64,000 nt of DNA from an uncultured Oscillospiraceae bacterium. GTDB taxonomy: Bacteria > Bacillota > Clostridia > Oscillospirales > Oscillospiraceae. Each line of letters opens with the position of its first letter. The first letter of the stretch is position 1. The stretch is taken from NCBI GenBank assembly GCA_964498005.1, contig CAZCFU010000001.1, positions 9,374 through 73,373 on the forward strand. The letters are read 5' to 3'. The notes below the pieces were generated by a model that worked only from the letters and a program-made list of their open reading frames with translations, searched no databases and was not told the origin of the DNA. The position numbers were made by a program, and so were the translations under genes. This document shows positions 1-9,121 of this stretch, piece after piece.

Positions 1-963
1 ATTGACCGAGGGGAGCAGGCCATTTTGTTCCTCAACCGCCGGGGGGCCAGCCGCATGGTCACCTGCGGCGAGTGCGGCGAGACCCCCGCCTGCCCCCGGT
101 GCTCCGTCCATCTCACCTACCACTCCGCCAACCGGCGGCTGATGTGCCACTACTGCGGCTGGTCCCAGCCCCTGCCGGATCGGTGCCCCAGTTGTGGGGG
201 CCTGCTGAATTTCGTGGGGGCGGGCACCCAGAAGGTGGAGGAGGAGCTGAATATCCTGTTCCCCGGTACAAAGGCGCTGCGCATGGACGCGGACACCGTG
301 TCCGCCGTCCACAGCCACGAGAGCATCCTGGAGAAGTTCCGAAAGGAGCGCGTCCCCATCCTGCTGGGCACCCAGATGGTGGCCAAGGGATTGGATTTCG
401 AGAACGTCACCCTGGTGGGGGCGGTGTCGGCGGATCAGCTGCTGTACACCGGGGACATCCACGCGTCGGAGCGGGCCTTCTCCCTGCTCACCCAGGTGGT
501 GGGCAGGGCGGGCCGGGGGGAGAAGAAGGGCAGGGCGGTGATCCAGACCTTCACCCCGGACAACGACGTGATCCGTTTCGCCGCAAATCAGGACTATGAC
601 AGCTTTTATGAGCAGGAGATCGGCATACGCCGGCTGCGGGGGCTTCCGCCCCTGTGCGACCTGTTCGTGCTGTGCGCCTCCGGCCTGGAGGAGACGGCGG
701 TGCTGCGGGCCCTGCTGCGCCTGCGGGACGCGTTGAGCGCCGCGCTGAACCAGAAACCATACGCCGGGACGCCCCACCGGCTGCTGGGGCCCGCCCCGGC
801 GGCGGTGGCCAAGGTGAACGACCGTTACCGCTACCGGCTGATTTTAAATACCCAAAATACCAAAGCCATGCGGCTGCTGACGGCGCATCTGCTCCGTCAG
901 GCCCAGGCCGACAAGCAAAACCGGGGGGTGGCCCTGTTCGCCGATCTGAACCCGGCAGATTGA
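1..963 (+). CDS. priA: Primosomal protein N' (PriA), 5'-truncated by window edge
   Basis: LFLNRRG, Cys-rich CxxC zinc region, GTQMVAKGLDF and QVVGRAGR helicase motifs; upstream of def-fmt. Confidence 0.95.
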   Translation: MDRGEQAILFLNRRGASRMVTCGECGETPACPRCSVHLTYHSANRRLMCHYCGWSQPLPDRCPSCGGLLNFVGAGTQKVEEELNILFPGTKALRMDADTVSAVHSHESILEKFRKERVPILLGTQMVAKGLDFENVTLVGAVSADQLLYTGDIHASERAFSLLTQVVGRAGRGEKKGRAVIQTFTPDNDVIRFAANQDYDSFYEQEIGIRRLRGLPPLCDLFVLCASGLEETAVLRALLRLRDALSAALNQKPYAGTPHRLLGPAPAAVAKVNDRYRYRLILNTQNTKAMRLLTAHLLRQAQADKQNRGVALFADLNPAD

Positions 964-978
964 TAGGAGGAACCGACA

Positions 979-1476
979 ATGGCACTGAGGAAGATTCTGA
1001 CCCAGGGCGATCCGGCCCTGGCCAAGACCTGCCGCCCGGTGGAGAAGTTTGACCGCAAGCTCCACTGGCTGCTGGACGACATGAAGGAGACGCTGGCTAA
1101 CGCCGGCGGCGTGGGCCTTGCCGCCCCCCAGATCGGCATTTTGCGCCGGGTAGTGGTGGTGGAGGACGCCGACGAGAACATGATCGAGCTGATCAACCCG
1201 GTGATCGTGGAGCAGTCCGGGGAGCAGGAGGGCTGGGAGGGCTGTCTCAGCGTCCCCGGAAAATACGGCTGGGTGGAGCGCCCCAATGTGGTCACCGTCC
1301 GGGCCCAGGACCGGCACGGCAACTTTTTCGAGAGCACCGGGGAGGAGCTGGTGGCCCGCTGCTTCTGCCACGAGCTGGAGCACCTGGACGGCCACCTCTT
1401 TGTGGAGCACGCCGATGAGCTGTACTCGCCGGAGGAGATCGACGCCATGGAGGCGGAAGAGGAGAGCGGCAAATGA
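979..1476 (+). CDS. def: Peptide deformylase
   Basis: GVGLAAPQIG, EGCLS, HELEHLDG motifs; AGGAGG RBS. Confidence 0.97.
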   Translation: MALRKILTQGDPALAKTCRPVEKFDRKLHWLLDDMKETLANAGGVGLAAPQIGILRRVVVVEDADENMIELINPVIVEQSGEQEGWEGCLSVPGKYGWVERPNVVTVRAQDRHGNFFESTGEELVARCFCHELEHLDGHLFVEHADELYSPEEIDAMEAEEESGK

Positions 1477-2414
1477 GGATCGTATTCATGGGCACCCCGG
1501 ACTTCGCCGTGCCGTCGCTGAAGGCGCTGGGGTCGGCGGGACATGAGATCATTGGCGTATTTACCCAGCCGGACAAGCCGAAGAACCGGGGGATGAAGCT
1601 CCAGCAGTCCCCGGTGAAGGAGTGCGCCCTGGCGATGGGTCTGCCGGTTTACCAGCCCGCCAAGATGCGGGACGGCGAGGCGCTGGGCATTCTGCAAGAG
1701 CTGAACCCCGACCTCATCGCCGTGGCGGCCTACGGGAAGATCCTGCCCGTGGATATTTTGGAGCTGCCCCGGCTGGGATGCGTCAATGTCCACTCGTCCC
1801 TGCTCCCCAAATATCGGGGGGCGGCCCCCATCAACTGGGCGATTTTGAACGGCGAGGACGAGACGGGCGTCACCATCATGTATATGGCGGAGGGGATGGA
1901 CACCGGGGACATCCTGGCCCAGGCCAAAACCGCCATTGATATCAACGAGAACGCCGCCCAGCTCTTTGAGCGGCTGGCGCGGATGGGCGCGGATCTGCTG
2001 GTGGAGACGGTGCGGGAGCTGGAGGCGGGCACGGCCAAGCGTGTCCCCCAGAACGACGCTCTGTCCAGCCACGCCCCCATGCTGTCCCGGGAGCAGTCGC
2101 CCATGGATTGGAACAAAACCGCCCGTCAGCTCCACGACCAGGTACGGGGGCTGTACCCCTGGCCCGCCGCCACAGCGGTGCTGGACGGCGTCCGGTGCAA
2201 GATCCCGCGCACGGCCCTGCCCGGTGAGACCACCAACAAGGCCCCGGGCACCGTTTTGCGGGCGGATAAGAAGGGCTTGCGGGTGGCCTGCGGAGACGGC
2301 GGGGTGCTGGACATCCTGGAGCTCCAGCCGGACGGCAAAAAGGCCATGGCCGCGCCCGCTTTCCTGCTGGGCCACCCCATCCCGGCGGGGACGGTATTGA
2401 CGAAACAGGAGTGA
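1473..2414 (+). CDS. fmt: Methionyl-tRNA formyltransferase
   Basis: MRIVFMGTPDFA start, NVHSSLLPKYRGAAPI motif. Confidence 0.97.
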   Translation: MRIVFMGTPDFAVPSLKALGSAGHEIIGVFTQPDKPKNRGMKLQQSPVKECALAMGLPVYQPAKMRDGEALGILQELNPDLIAVAAYGKILPVDILELPRLGCVNVHSSLLPKYRGAAPINWAILNGEDETGVTIMYMAEGMDTGDILAQAKTAIDINENAAQLFERLARMGADLLVETVRELEAGTAKRVPQNDALSSHAPMLSREQSPMDWNKTARQLHDQVRGLYPWPAATAVLDGVRCKIPRTALPGETTNKAPGTVLRADKKGLRVACGDGGVLDILELQPDGKKAMAAPAFLLGHPIPAGTVLTKQE

Positions 2415-2419
2415 TTTCC

Positions 2420-3739
2420 ATGGGCTCAGCCAGAGAGACGGCGGTGCTGACCCTGGCCGCCTGCGAAAAGCAGGGGGCCTGGTCGGACGGCCACTTGAAG
2501 CACGCCATCCGGGCGCAGAGCCTGGACCGCCGGGACGCGGCCCTGGCCACCCGGCTGTGCTACGGGGTGCTGCAAAACAGGCTGCTGCTGGACTGGCGGC
2601 TGGCCCGTCTGTGCTCCATGAAGCTGGAAAAGCTGGAGACCAAGGTGCTGTGCGGGCTCCGAGTGGCGGCGTATCAGATTTCGTTTCTGGATAAGATCCC
2701 TCCCAGCGCCGCGGTGAACGAGGCGGTGGAGCTGGCCAAACGCCACAGCCGCAATCCCCGGGCGGCGGGATTGGTGAACGGCGTGCTTCGCTCCCTCCTG
2801 CGGGAGGAGGCGCCGGAAATCCGAGGGAAGGACGATATCGAAACCCTGTCCATCCGGTACAGCCACCCCCGGTGGCTGGTGGAGGAGTTCGTGGAGCTGC
2901 TGGGCATAGAAGGGGTGGAAGCCCTTTTGGAGGCGGACAACCGGCAGCCTCCCACCACCGCCCAGGTGAACACCCCGCAAACCTCCCGGGAGAAGCTGAT
3001 GGACGAGCTGCGGGAGGCGGGGGTTGAGGCGGAGCCCCACCCATGGCTTCCAAACTGCCTGCTGCTCACCGGCACCGGCGACCTGGAGCGGCTGGACGCC
3101 TTCCAACGGGGAGATTTCTACGTCCAGGACGCCGCCTCCCGTCTGGCGGTCATGGCCGCGGATCCCCAGCCGGGGAGCCGGCTGCTGGACTGCTGCGCCG
3201 CGCCGGGGGGGAAGTCCTTCGCCGCCGCAATTGCCATGGAGAACCGGGGACAAGTGGTATCCTGCGACATCCACCCGCATAAAATCAAGCTATTGGAGGC
3301 GGGCAGGGATCGTCTGGGGCTGTCCATGATAGCCCCCACCCTCCAGAACGCCGCCCAGACCCGGGAGGACTGGCTGGACGGCTTCGACACGGTGCTCACC
3401 GACGTGCCCTGCTCAGGACTTGGCATTATCCGCAAGAAGCCGGACATACGATATAAGGATCCGGAACCGCTCAAGGGCCTGCCTAAAGTTCAGCGGGGCA
3501 TTTTGGACAACTGCGCCCGGTACGTCCGCCCCGGCGGGGCGCTGGTGTACTCCACCTGTACCCTCCTGCCCAGGGAGAACGACGAGATCGTGGACGGATT
3601 TCTGGCGGGGCATCCGGACTTTGAGGCGGAGCTCTTTGACCTGGCCCATCTGGGCACACAGCCGGGCCGGATGACCTTCTGGCCCCACATCCACGGCACA
3701 GACGGCTTTTTTGTGGCCAAGCTGCGCAGAAAGGGGTGA
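2420..3739 (+). CDS. rsmB: 16S rRNA m5C967 methyltransferase RsmB/Sun
   Basis: NusB-like N-terminus, DCCAAPGGKS, DVPCSGLG, YSTCT motifs; ATG at 2420 follows AGGAG (GTG 2411 alternative). Confidence 0.95.
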   Translation: MGSARETAVLTLAACEKQGAWSDGHLKHAIRAQSLDRRDAALATRLCYGVLQNRLLLDWRLARLCSMKLEKLETKVLCGLRVAAYQISFLDKIPPSAAVNEAVELAKRHSRNPRAAGLVNGVLRSLLREEAPEIRGKDDIETLSIRYSHPRWLVEEFVELLGIEGVEALLEADNRQPPTTAQVNTPQTSREKLMDELREAGVEAEPHPWLPNCLLLTGTGDLERLDAFQRGDFYVQDAASRLAVMAADPQPGSRLLDCCAAPGGKSFAAAIAMENRGQVVSCDIHPHKIKLLEAGRDRLGLSMIAPTLQNAAQTREDWLDGFDTVLTDVPCSGLGIIRKKPDIRYKDPEPLKGLPKVQRGILDNCARYVRPGGALVYSTCTLLPRENDEIVDGFLAGHPDFEAELFDLAHLGTQPGRMTFWPHIHGTDGFFVAKLRRKG

Positions 3740-3745
3740 TCCCCA

Positions 3746-4798
3746 ATGACCGATTTGAAATCCATGACCCGGCCGGAGCTGGAGGTGTACTTTAAGGAGC
3801 TGGGCCAGCCCAAATTCCGGGCCATACAGGTGTTCCGCTGGCTCCACCGGGGGGTGGAGTCCTTCGACGAGATGACCGACCAGCCCAAGGCCCTCCGGGA
3901 GACGCTGAAGGAGACCTGCATCCTCACCGTCCCCAAGGTGGAGCGCAAGCAGGTGTCCCAACTGGACGGCACCATCAAGTATTTGTGGCGGCTGGGGGAC
4001 GGAAATTGTGTGGAAACGGTTTTGATGCGCTACAAGCATGGGAATACTGTATGCGTATCCAGCCAGGTGGGGTGCAATATGGGCTGCGTGTTCTGCGCCT
4101 CCACCCTGGGGGGAAAGGTGCGGGATTTGACCCCGGCGGAAATTTTAGACCAGGTAATATTTACCGAAAAAGACAGCGGAGAGGCTGTTTCCAACATCGT
4201 TATGATGGGAATTGGCGAGCCGTTGGACAATTTCGACCACGTTTTGCGGTTTTTGACCCTGGTAAATGACCCGGATGGGCTGAACATCGGGATGCGGCAC
4301 ATCTCCCTGTCCACCTGCGGGCTGGTAAAGAAAATTGACAAACTGGCCCAACTTGGGTTACAATTGACGTTAAGTGTTTCCCTACACGCCCCGGACGACG
4401 AGACCCGGTCGAAGCTGATGCCGGTCAACCGCTCGGTGGGTGTGGATACGCTGATGGAGACCTGCCGCCGGTATTTCGAGACCACCGGGCGGCGCGTCTC
4501 CTACGAGTACGCCATGATCGACGGTGTCAACGACGGCGACGGGCAGGCCGACCGGCTGGCGAAGCTCCTGCGGGGCCAGCCGGGACACGTGAACCTGATC
4601 CCGCTGAACGAGGTGGCGGAGTCGACCCTGAAGCCCAGCCGCCGGGTGCGGCAGTTCCAGCAGCGGCTGGAGGGCCACGGCGTCACGGCCACTGTCCGGC
4701 GCAAGCTGGGGGGCGACATCGACGCCTCCTGCGGACAGCTGCGGCGGCGGAGGATCATGGAGCGGGAAACCCATTCCCCAGAGGAGGGATCAACTTGA
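3746..4798 (+). CDS. rlmN: 23S rRNA m2A2503 methyltransferase RlmN (radical SAM)
   Basis: SSQVGCNMGCVFCAS CxxxCxxC, MGIGEP, DIDASCGQL. Confidence 0.96.
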   Translation: MTDLKSMTRPELEVYFKELGQPKFRAIQVFRWLHRGVESFDEMTDQPKALRETLKETCILTVPKVERKQVSQLDGTIKYLWRLGDGNCVETVLMRYKHGNTVCVSSQVGCNMGCVFCASTLGGKVRDLTPAEILDQVIFTEKDSGEAVSNIVMMGIGEPLDNFDHVLRFLTLVNDPDGLNIGMRHISLSTCGLVKKIDKLAQLGLQLTLSVSLHAPDDETRSKLMPVNRSVGVDTLMETCRRYFETTGRRVSYEYAMIDGVNDGDGQADRLAKLLRGQPGHVNLIPLNEVAESTLKPSRRVRQFQQRLEGHGVTATVRRKLGGDIDASCGQLRRRRIMERETHSPEEGST

Positions 4799-5523
4799 AA
4801 GTCTATGGTATGACGGACATTGGCCGTCACAGAAAGGACAATCAGGACAGCTATGCCATCCGCCAATGGGAGGACGGGACGGCCCTGCTGGTGGTGTGCG
4901 ACGGCATGGGCGGCGCCCAGGCGGGCAGCGTGGCCAGCTCGGTGGCGGTGGAGACCTTTGCCGCCGCGTTGGAGGAGGCGCTGACCCAGGATGTCCAGGA
5001 GGATCCGGAGCGGGCGCTGGCAGATGCCTGCCAGCTGGCCAACGAGAAGGTGTACCGCCTCAGCCTGGAAAACCGGGAGTACGAGGGCATGGGCACCACC
5101 CTGGTGGCGGCGCTGATCCGGCCGGACGGGGTATGGCTGGCCAACATTGGAGACAGCCGGGGCTATGTCCTGGAAAATGATTCCATACGCCAGGTGACCG
5201 TGGATCACTCCCTGGTGCAGCTGCTGGTGGAGCGGGGGGAGATCACCCCCGCCGAAGCCCGCGTACATCCCCAAAAGAATCTCATCACCCGGGCCCTGGG
5301 GGTGGACAGCCGCGTGGAGTGCGATGTGACCCGGCTGGAGCCGGGGCAGGGCAGCCGCCTGCTGCTGTGCAGCGACGGACTCACCAATGTGCTGGACGAC
5401 GGGACGCTGCTGACCCTCAGCCGCCGGGAGGCGGAGATTGAGGATCTGTGCCGCGCGCTGATCAGCCTGACGCTGGAGCGGGGCGCGCCGGACAACGTCA
5501 CCACCGTGCTGGCGCAGCTGTAA
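4795..5523 (+). CDS. stp: PP2C-family Ser/Thr phosphatase (Stp1/PrpC)
   Basis: VVCDGMGG, NIGDSR, LLCSDGL, DNVT motifs; upstream of kinase. Confidence 0.93.
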   Translation: MKVYGMTDIGRHRKDNQDSYAIRQWEDGTALLVVCDGMGGAQAGSVASSVAVETFAAALEEALTQDVQEDPERALADACQLANEKVYRLSLENREYEGMGTTLVAALIRPDGVWLANIGDSRGYVLENDSIRQVTVDHSLVQLLVERGEITPAEARVHPQKNLITRALGVDSRVECDVTRLEPGQGSRLLLCSDGLTNVLDDGTLLTLSRREAEIEDLCRALISLTLERGAPDNVTTVLAQL

Positions 5524-5541
5524 ACGAGGAGGACTTTTACC

Positions 5542-7614
5542 ATGGATCAATACATAGGTAAAATGCTCGACAACCGATATGAAATTCAGGAGTGCATCGG
5601 CACCGGGGGTATGGCGGTGGTGTATAAGGCCCGCGACCACCGGCTGAACCGGCTGGTGGCCGTCAAGATCCTGAAGCCGGAGCTGGCCAGCGACGCGGAC
5701 TTCCGCCGCCGCTTCCACGACGAGTCCCAGGCGGTGGCCATGCTGTCCCACGCCAACATTGTGTCGGTGTACGACGTGAGCCGCTCCGACGGACTGGACT
5801 ATATCGTCATGGAGCTGATCGACGGCCTGACCCTGAAGCAGTATATGCAGCGCCGGGGCACCCCCCTGAACTGGCGGGAGGCCCAGCACTTCATCACCCA
5901 GATCATGCGGGCGCTGAGCCATGCCCACTCCCGGGGGATCATCCACCGGGATATCAAGCCTCACAACATCATGGTCCTCCGGGACGGCAGCGTGAAGGTC
6001 ACCGACTTCGGCATCGCCCAGCTGGCCAGCGCCGCCCAGAACACCATGACCCAGGAGGCCATCGGCTCGGTACACTATATTTCCCCGGAGCAGGCCAAGG
6101 GCAGCCACGTGGACTGCCGCACGGATATCTACTCCGCCGGCGTGGTGCTGTATGAGATGCTCACCGGCCGCCTGCCCTTCGAGGGGGACACCCCCGTGGC
6201 GGTGGCGATCCAGCACATCAGATCCATTCCCGTGCCCCCCTGCGATCTGAATCCGGACGTGCCCCGTACCCTGGAGGCCATCACCATGAAGGCCATGGCC
6301 CCCGAGCTGAGCCAGCGCTACGCCACGGCGGACGAGATGCTGGAGGATCTGAAGGAGTTCCGCAAGAACCCGGACTATGAGCCCGCCGCCCCCACCTCCG
6401 TGGACGTGCCGGACGAGCCCACCATGGTGGTGCCCGCCAAGGTGATCACCGCCTCCGTCCGGGTGCCGGTGGAGCGCCGGGAGCCGGAGAATGTCCAGCC
6501 CGAGCGGCGGGAGCGCCGCCGCCGGGAGATAGAGGAAGAGGATTACGACTACGATGACGAGCCTCCCCGCCGGGGCGGCGGAGTGGCGGCCGCGGCGATG
6601 GCGGTGGTACTCATCCTGGCGTTTATCGGCTGCATCGTCTACTTCCTCTGGAACTTTTTTGCCAAGGATCTGCTGACCCCGGGGGTCCAGGAGTACGAGG
6701 TGCCTAATCTGCTGGGCTACACCGTGGAACAGCTGGAGCAGAACAAGACCATCCTGGGCGATTTCACCCTGGAGAAGGGCGACATCAAGAAGAGCGAGTA
6801 CCCGGAGGGGCAGATCTGCGAGCAGAGCCCCATGCCCGGCACCATGGTGCGGGAGGGCACCATGACCATCACCGTTCAGATCAGCGGCGGCGAGGACAAG
6901 GTGTATATGCCCTTCGTGGAGACCTGGGACGCCAGAAAGGCCCTCAAGACCCTGCAGGACGAGATGGGGCTGGTGGTGTACCAGGAGGAGGATTGGTCCG
7001 ACACGATCACCAAGGGTTATGTCATCTCCCAAAGCCTGTTGGCGGATACCGAGGTGTGGCCGGGGCGCGAGGTGACCATCGTCATCAGCAAGGGCCCCGA
7101 GCAGAAGCAGGCCACGGTGATCAATTTCCTCAACGTCCCCCTGGAGCAGGCCAAGGATCAGATCGTCCAACTGGGGCTGAAGGTGGGCGACGTGAAGGAG
7201 TACTACAGCGACGAATATCCCGAGGGCCGTGTGTCCTGGCAGAGCGTTGCCCAAGGCGAGCAGGTGGATAAGGATACCGCCATCGACCTGTGGGTGAGCC
7301 TGGGCCCGGAGCCCGTGGACACGCCGGAGCCCACGCCCGACGTCACCGAGCCGCCGGAGGAGAGCACCCCGGCGGTGGAGCCCACTGAGAACGTGGCGGC
7401 GGCCACCAGTACGCAGGTCATTACCGTGGATTTGGGCCCCTATGAGGGCACGGTGAATGTGCGCATCGTGGTGGGGGATATGACGCTGTTCGACGGCGGG
7501 GTGGACGCGGACATGAATTCCGCCAAGAGCGTGGCCGCCACCGCCTCGGGGACGCAGTGGGTATCCATTTATATCAACGGGGTGCTGGTAGACAGCTACT
7601 CACTTAATTTCTGA
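5542..7614 (+). CDS. pknB: PASTA-domain Ser/Thr kinase (PknB/PrkC/Stk1)
   Basis: GTGGMAVVY, HRDIKPHN, DFGIA kinase motifs, one TM helix, PASTA repeats. Confidence 0.95.
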   Translation: MDQYIGKMLDNRYEIQECIGTGGMAVVYKARDHRLNRLVAVKILKPELASDADFRRRFHDESQAVAMLSHANIVSVYDVSRSDGLDYIVMELIDGLTLKQYMQRRGTPLNWREAQHFITQIMRALSHAHSRGIIHRDIKPHNIMVLRDGSVKVTDFGIAQLASAAQNTMTQEAIGSVHYISPEQAKGSHVDCRTDIYSAGVVLYEMLTGRLPFEGDTPVAVAIQHIRSIPVPPCDLNPDVPRTLEAITMKAMAPELSQRYATADEMLEDLKEFRKNPDYEPAAPTSVDVPDEPTMVVPAKVITASVRVPVERREPENVQPERRERRRREIEEEDYDYDDEPPRRGGGVAAAAMAVVLILAFIGCIVYFLWNFFAKDLLTPGVQEYEVPNLLGYTVEQLEQNKTILGDFTLEKGDIKKSEYPEGQICEQSPMPGTMVREGTMTITVQISGGEDKVYMPFVETWDARKALKTLQDEMGLVVYQEEDWSDTITKGYVISQSLLADTEVWPGREVTIVISKGPEQKQATVINFLNVPLEQAKDQIVQLGLKVGDVKEYYSDEYPEGRVSWQSVAQGEQVDKDTAIDLWVSLGPEPVDTPEPTPDVTEPPEESTPAVEPTENVAAATSTQVITVDLGPYEGTVNVRIVVGDMTLFDGGVDADMNSAKSVAATASGTQWVSIYINGVLVDSYSLNF

Positions 7615-7618
7615 CGGT

Positions 7619-8506
7619 ATGACGGGACAGATCGTCAAGGCCCTCAGCGGGTTTTACTACGTGGATACGGGGGCGGGAGAGCCCGTCCCCTGCCGGGGCC
7701 GGGGGAAGCTCCGCCACCAGAAGGCCACGCCCCTGGTGGGCGACCGGGTGGAGATCACCTGTCTGGAGGACGGCACGGGCATGGTGGACGCCATTCTGCC
7801 CCGGAAAAACCAGTTCAGCCGTCCGGCGGTGGCCAACATCGACCAGTTGGTCATCGTGTGCTCCGGGGCCATCCCGGTGACCGACCCGTTCCTCATTGAC
7901 CGCATGGCGGCTATGGCGGAGTGGAAGTGCTGTGAGCCGCTCATCGTGTTCAACAAGTGCGACCTGGTGCGGGTGGACGCGCTGGCGGAGCTTTACCGCG
8001 CCGCGGGCTTTGCCGCCCTCCAGGTGAGCGCGGAGACAGGGGAGGGGATGGATGCCCTGGCCGCCGCCATTGCGGGAAAGGTGTCCGCCTTCACCGGAAA
8101 TTCCGGGGTGGGCAAATCCAGCATCCTCAACACCCTTCAGCCCGGGTTCTCCCTCCGGGTGGGTGAGGTCAGCGAAAAGCTGGGCCGGGGGCGCCATACC
8201 ACCCGCCATGTGGAGCTGTTCCCCGTGGCCGGGGGGCTGGTGGCGGATACGCCTGGATTCTCCTCCTTTGACGTGGAGCAGATGGAGGCAATCCCAAAGG
8301 AGGAGCTGGCCGCTACCTTCCGGGAGTTTGTCCCCTATCTGGATCAGTGCCGCTTCCAGGGCTGCGCCCATGTGAAGGAGCGGGGCTGCGCCGTCCGGGA
8401 GGCGTTGGCCGAAGGCCGGATCGCCCCCGGCCGCCACACAAGCTATGTCCGGCTCTATGAGCAGGCGAAGGAGATCCCGGACTGGGAACGGATCAAAAGC
8501 AAATAA
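7619..8506 (+). CDS. rsgA: Ribosome small subunit-dependent GTPase A
   Basis: NKCD, GNSGVGKSS, GRHTT, DTPGF, C-terminal CxFxxCxHxxExGC. Confidence 0.96.
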   Translation: MTGQIVKALSGFYYVDTGAGEPVPCRGRGKLRHQKATPLVGDRVEITCLEDGTGMVDAILPRKNQFSRPAVANIDQLVIVCSGAIPVTDPFLIDRMAAMAEWKCCEPLIVFNKCDLVRVDALAELYRAAGFAALQVSAETGEGMDALAAAIAGKVSAFTGNSGVGKSSILNTLQPGFSLRVGEVSEKLGRGRHTTRHVELFPVAGGLVADTPGFSSFDVEQMEAIPKEELAATFREFVPYLDQCRFQGCAHVKERGCAVREALAEGRIAPGRHTSYVRLYEQAKEIPDWERIKSK

Positions 8507-8546
8507 GAAGAGAATGCCCATCAATTTAAAATTTCCCCCGGAAATT

Positions 8547-8579
8547 GCATGAACAGGACAGCCCCCTTTCACATATGCT
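8547..8579 (+). promoter_or_regulatory. Mother-cell (sigmaE/sigmaK-like) promoter for spoVM
   Basis: AC-N17-CATATGCT upstream of the spoVM RBS. Confidence 0.45.
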
Positions 8580-8616
8580 GGTATATCATTCGGCAGCGGG
8601 AGAGGGGGTTGTTATC

Positions 8617-8691
8617 ATGCGGGTGGTCGTGGTGAAGTTTCCCAAGGCGCTGTGCGGCCTGATGCGCAAGATATTCCACATGGATCAGTAA
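8617..8691 (+). CDS. spoVM: Stage V sporulation protein SpoVM (24 aa, MRVVVVKFPKALCGLMRKIFHMDQ)
   Basis: Amphipathic peptide with the KxPK..G..R pattern of SpoVM, GAGGGGG RBS, synteny downstream of prpC-prkC-cpgA(rsgA). Confidence 0.8.
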   Translation: MRVVVVKFPKALCGLMRKIFHMDQ

Positions 8692-8738
8692 TCGATGGCT
8701 TGAGCGCCTGATTCCCCCTGACGCGCGCGAAGCAAAGC

Positions 8739-8776
8739 CGGCGGGCCTTGAAAGCTTTTGCTTTCAAGGCCCGCCG
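8739..8776. terminator. Perfect 17-bp hairpin after spoVM
   Basis: CGGCGGGCCTTGAAAGC-TTTT-GCTTTCAAGGCCCGCCG. Confidence 0.6.
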
Positions 8777-8896
8777 CCGTTTCACCGGGGCAGCCGGCAG
8801 GGTGCCGGCGCGGTCGTTCGGCGCAGCCGAGTGACGTCCCCCCGGGGCAGCCGAGAGGGTGCCGGCGTGAGGCCGCCTTTGGCGGCCCTAGCCCGG

Positions 8897-8924
8897 GCAC
8901 CGCTTTCCGGTCTCCGCATACAAT
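8897..8924 (+). promoter_or_regulatory. sigmaK-like promoter of the prophage-interrupted gene
   Basis: GCAC-N16-CATACAAT matches the sigmaK consensus AC-N16/17-CATAnnnT. Confidence 0.6.
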
Positions 8925-8983
8925 GGGAGTGGAAGGGGCGCGCCATATCTGCCCCGACCCATCAACCATCGGGAGGTACAAAT

Positions 8984-9081
8984 ATGGCTGAATTCATTGA
9001 GCCGGGCCCCATCGCCGATACCGCCGGTATCCGCGAGGCCGTGTGCATCCACACCCGAAAAATTTTTGACAGCTGCCGCGA
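8984..9081 (+). pseudogene. 5' fragment (32 codons) of a Cys-rich host gene split by the prophage
   Basis: GGAGG RBS; MAEFIEPGPIADTAGIREAVCIHTRKIFDSCR then GA crossover; joins in frame to 53007-53741. Confidence 0.85.
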
Positions 9082-9103
9082 GGAAGATATAGCGCCTTTA
9101 AGG
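9080..9103. repeat. Left att junction: GA core + 22-bp phage arm GGAAGATATAGCGCCTTTAAGG
   Basis: 9082-9103 is the exact reverse complement of 52985-53006. Confidence 0.92.
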
Positions 9104-9121
9104 AATATGGATAAAAAAGAA

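Noticed and set aside
897..7254. Very long minus-strand ORFs (897-3053, 4501-7254) and similar ones at 32399-34804, 36665-38233, 58121-61492
   Set aside because: Antisense shadows of GC-rich, codon-biased real genes; no motifs or RBS
8785..8867. Two 26-bp direct repeats (8785-8810, 8842-8867) as a mini-CRISPR
   Set aside because: Only two imperfect GC-rich copies plus a partial one in between; no leader and no cas genes
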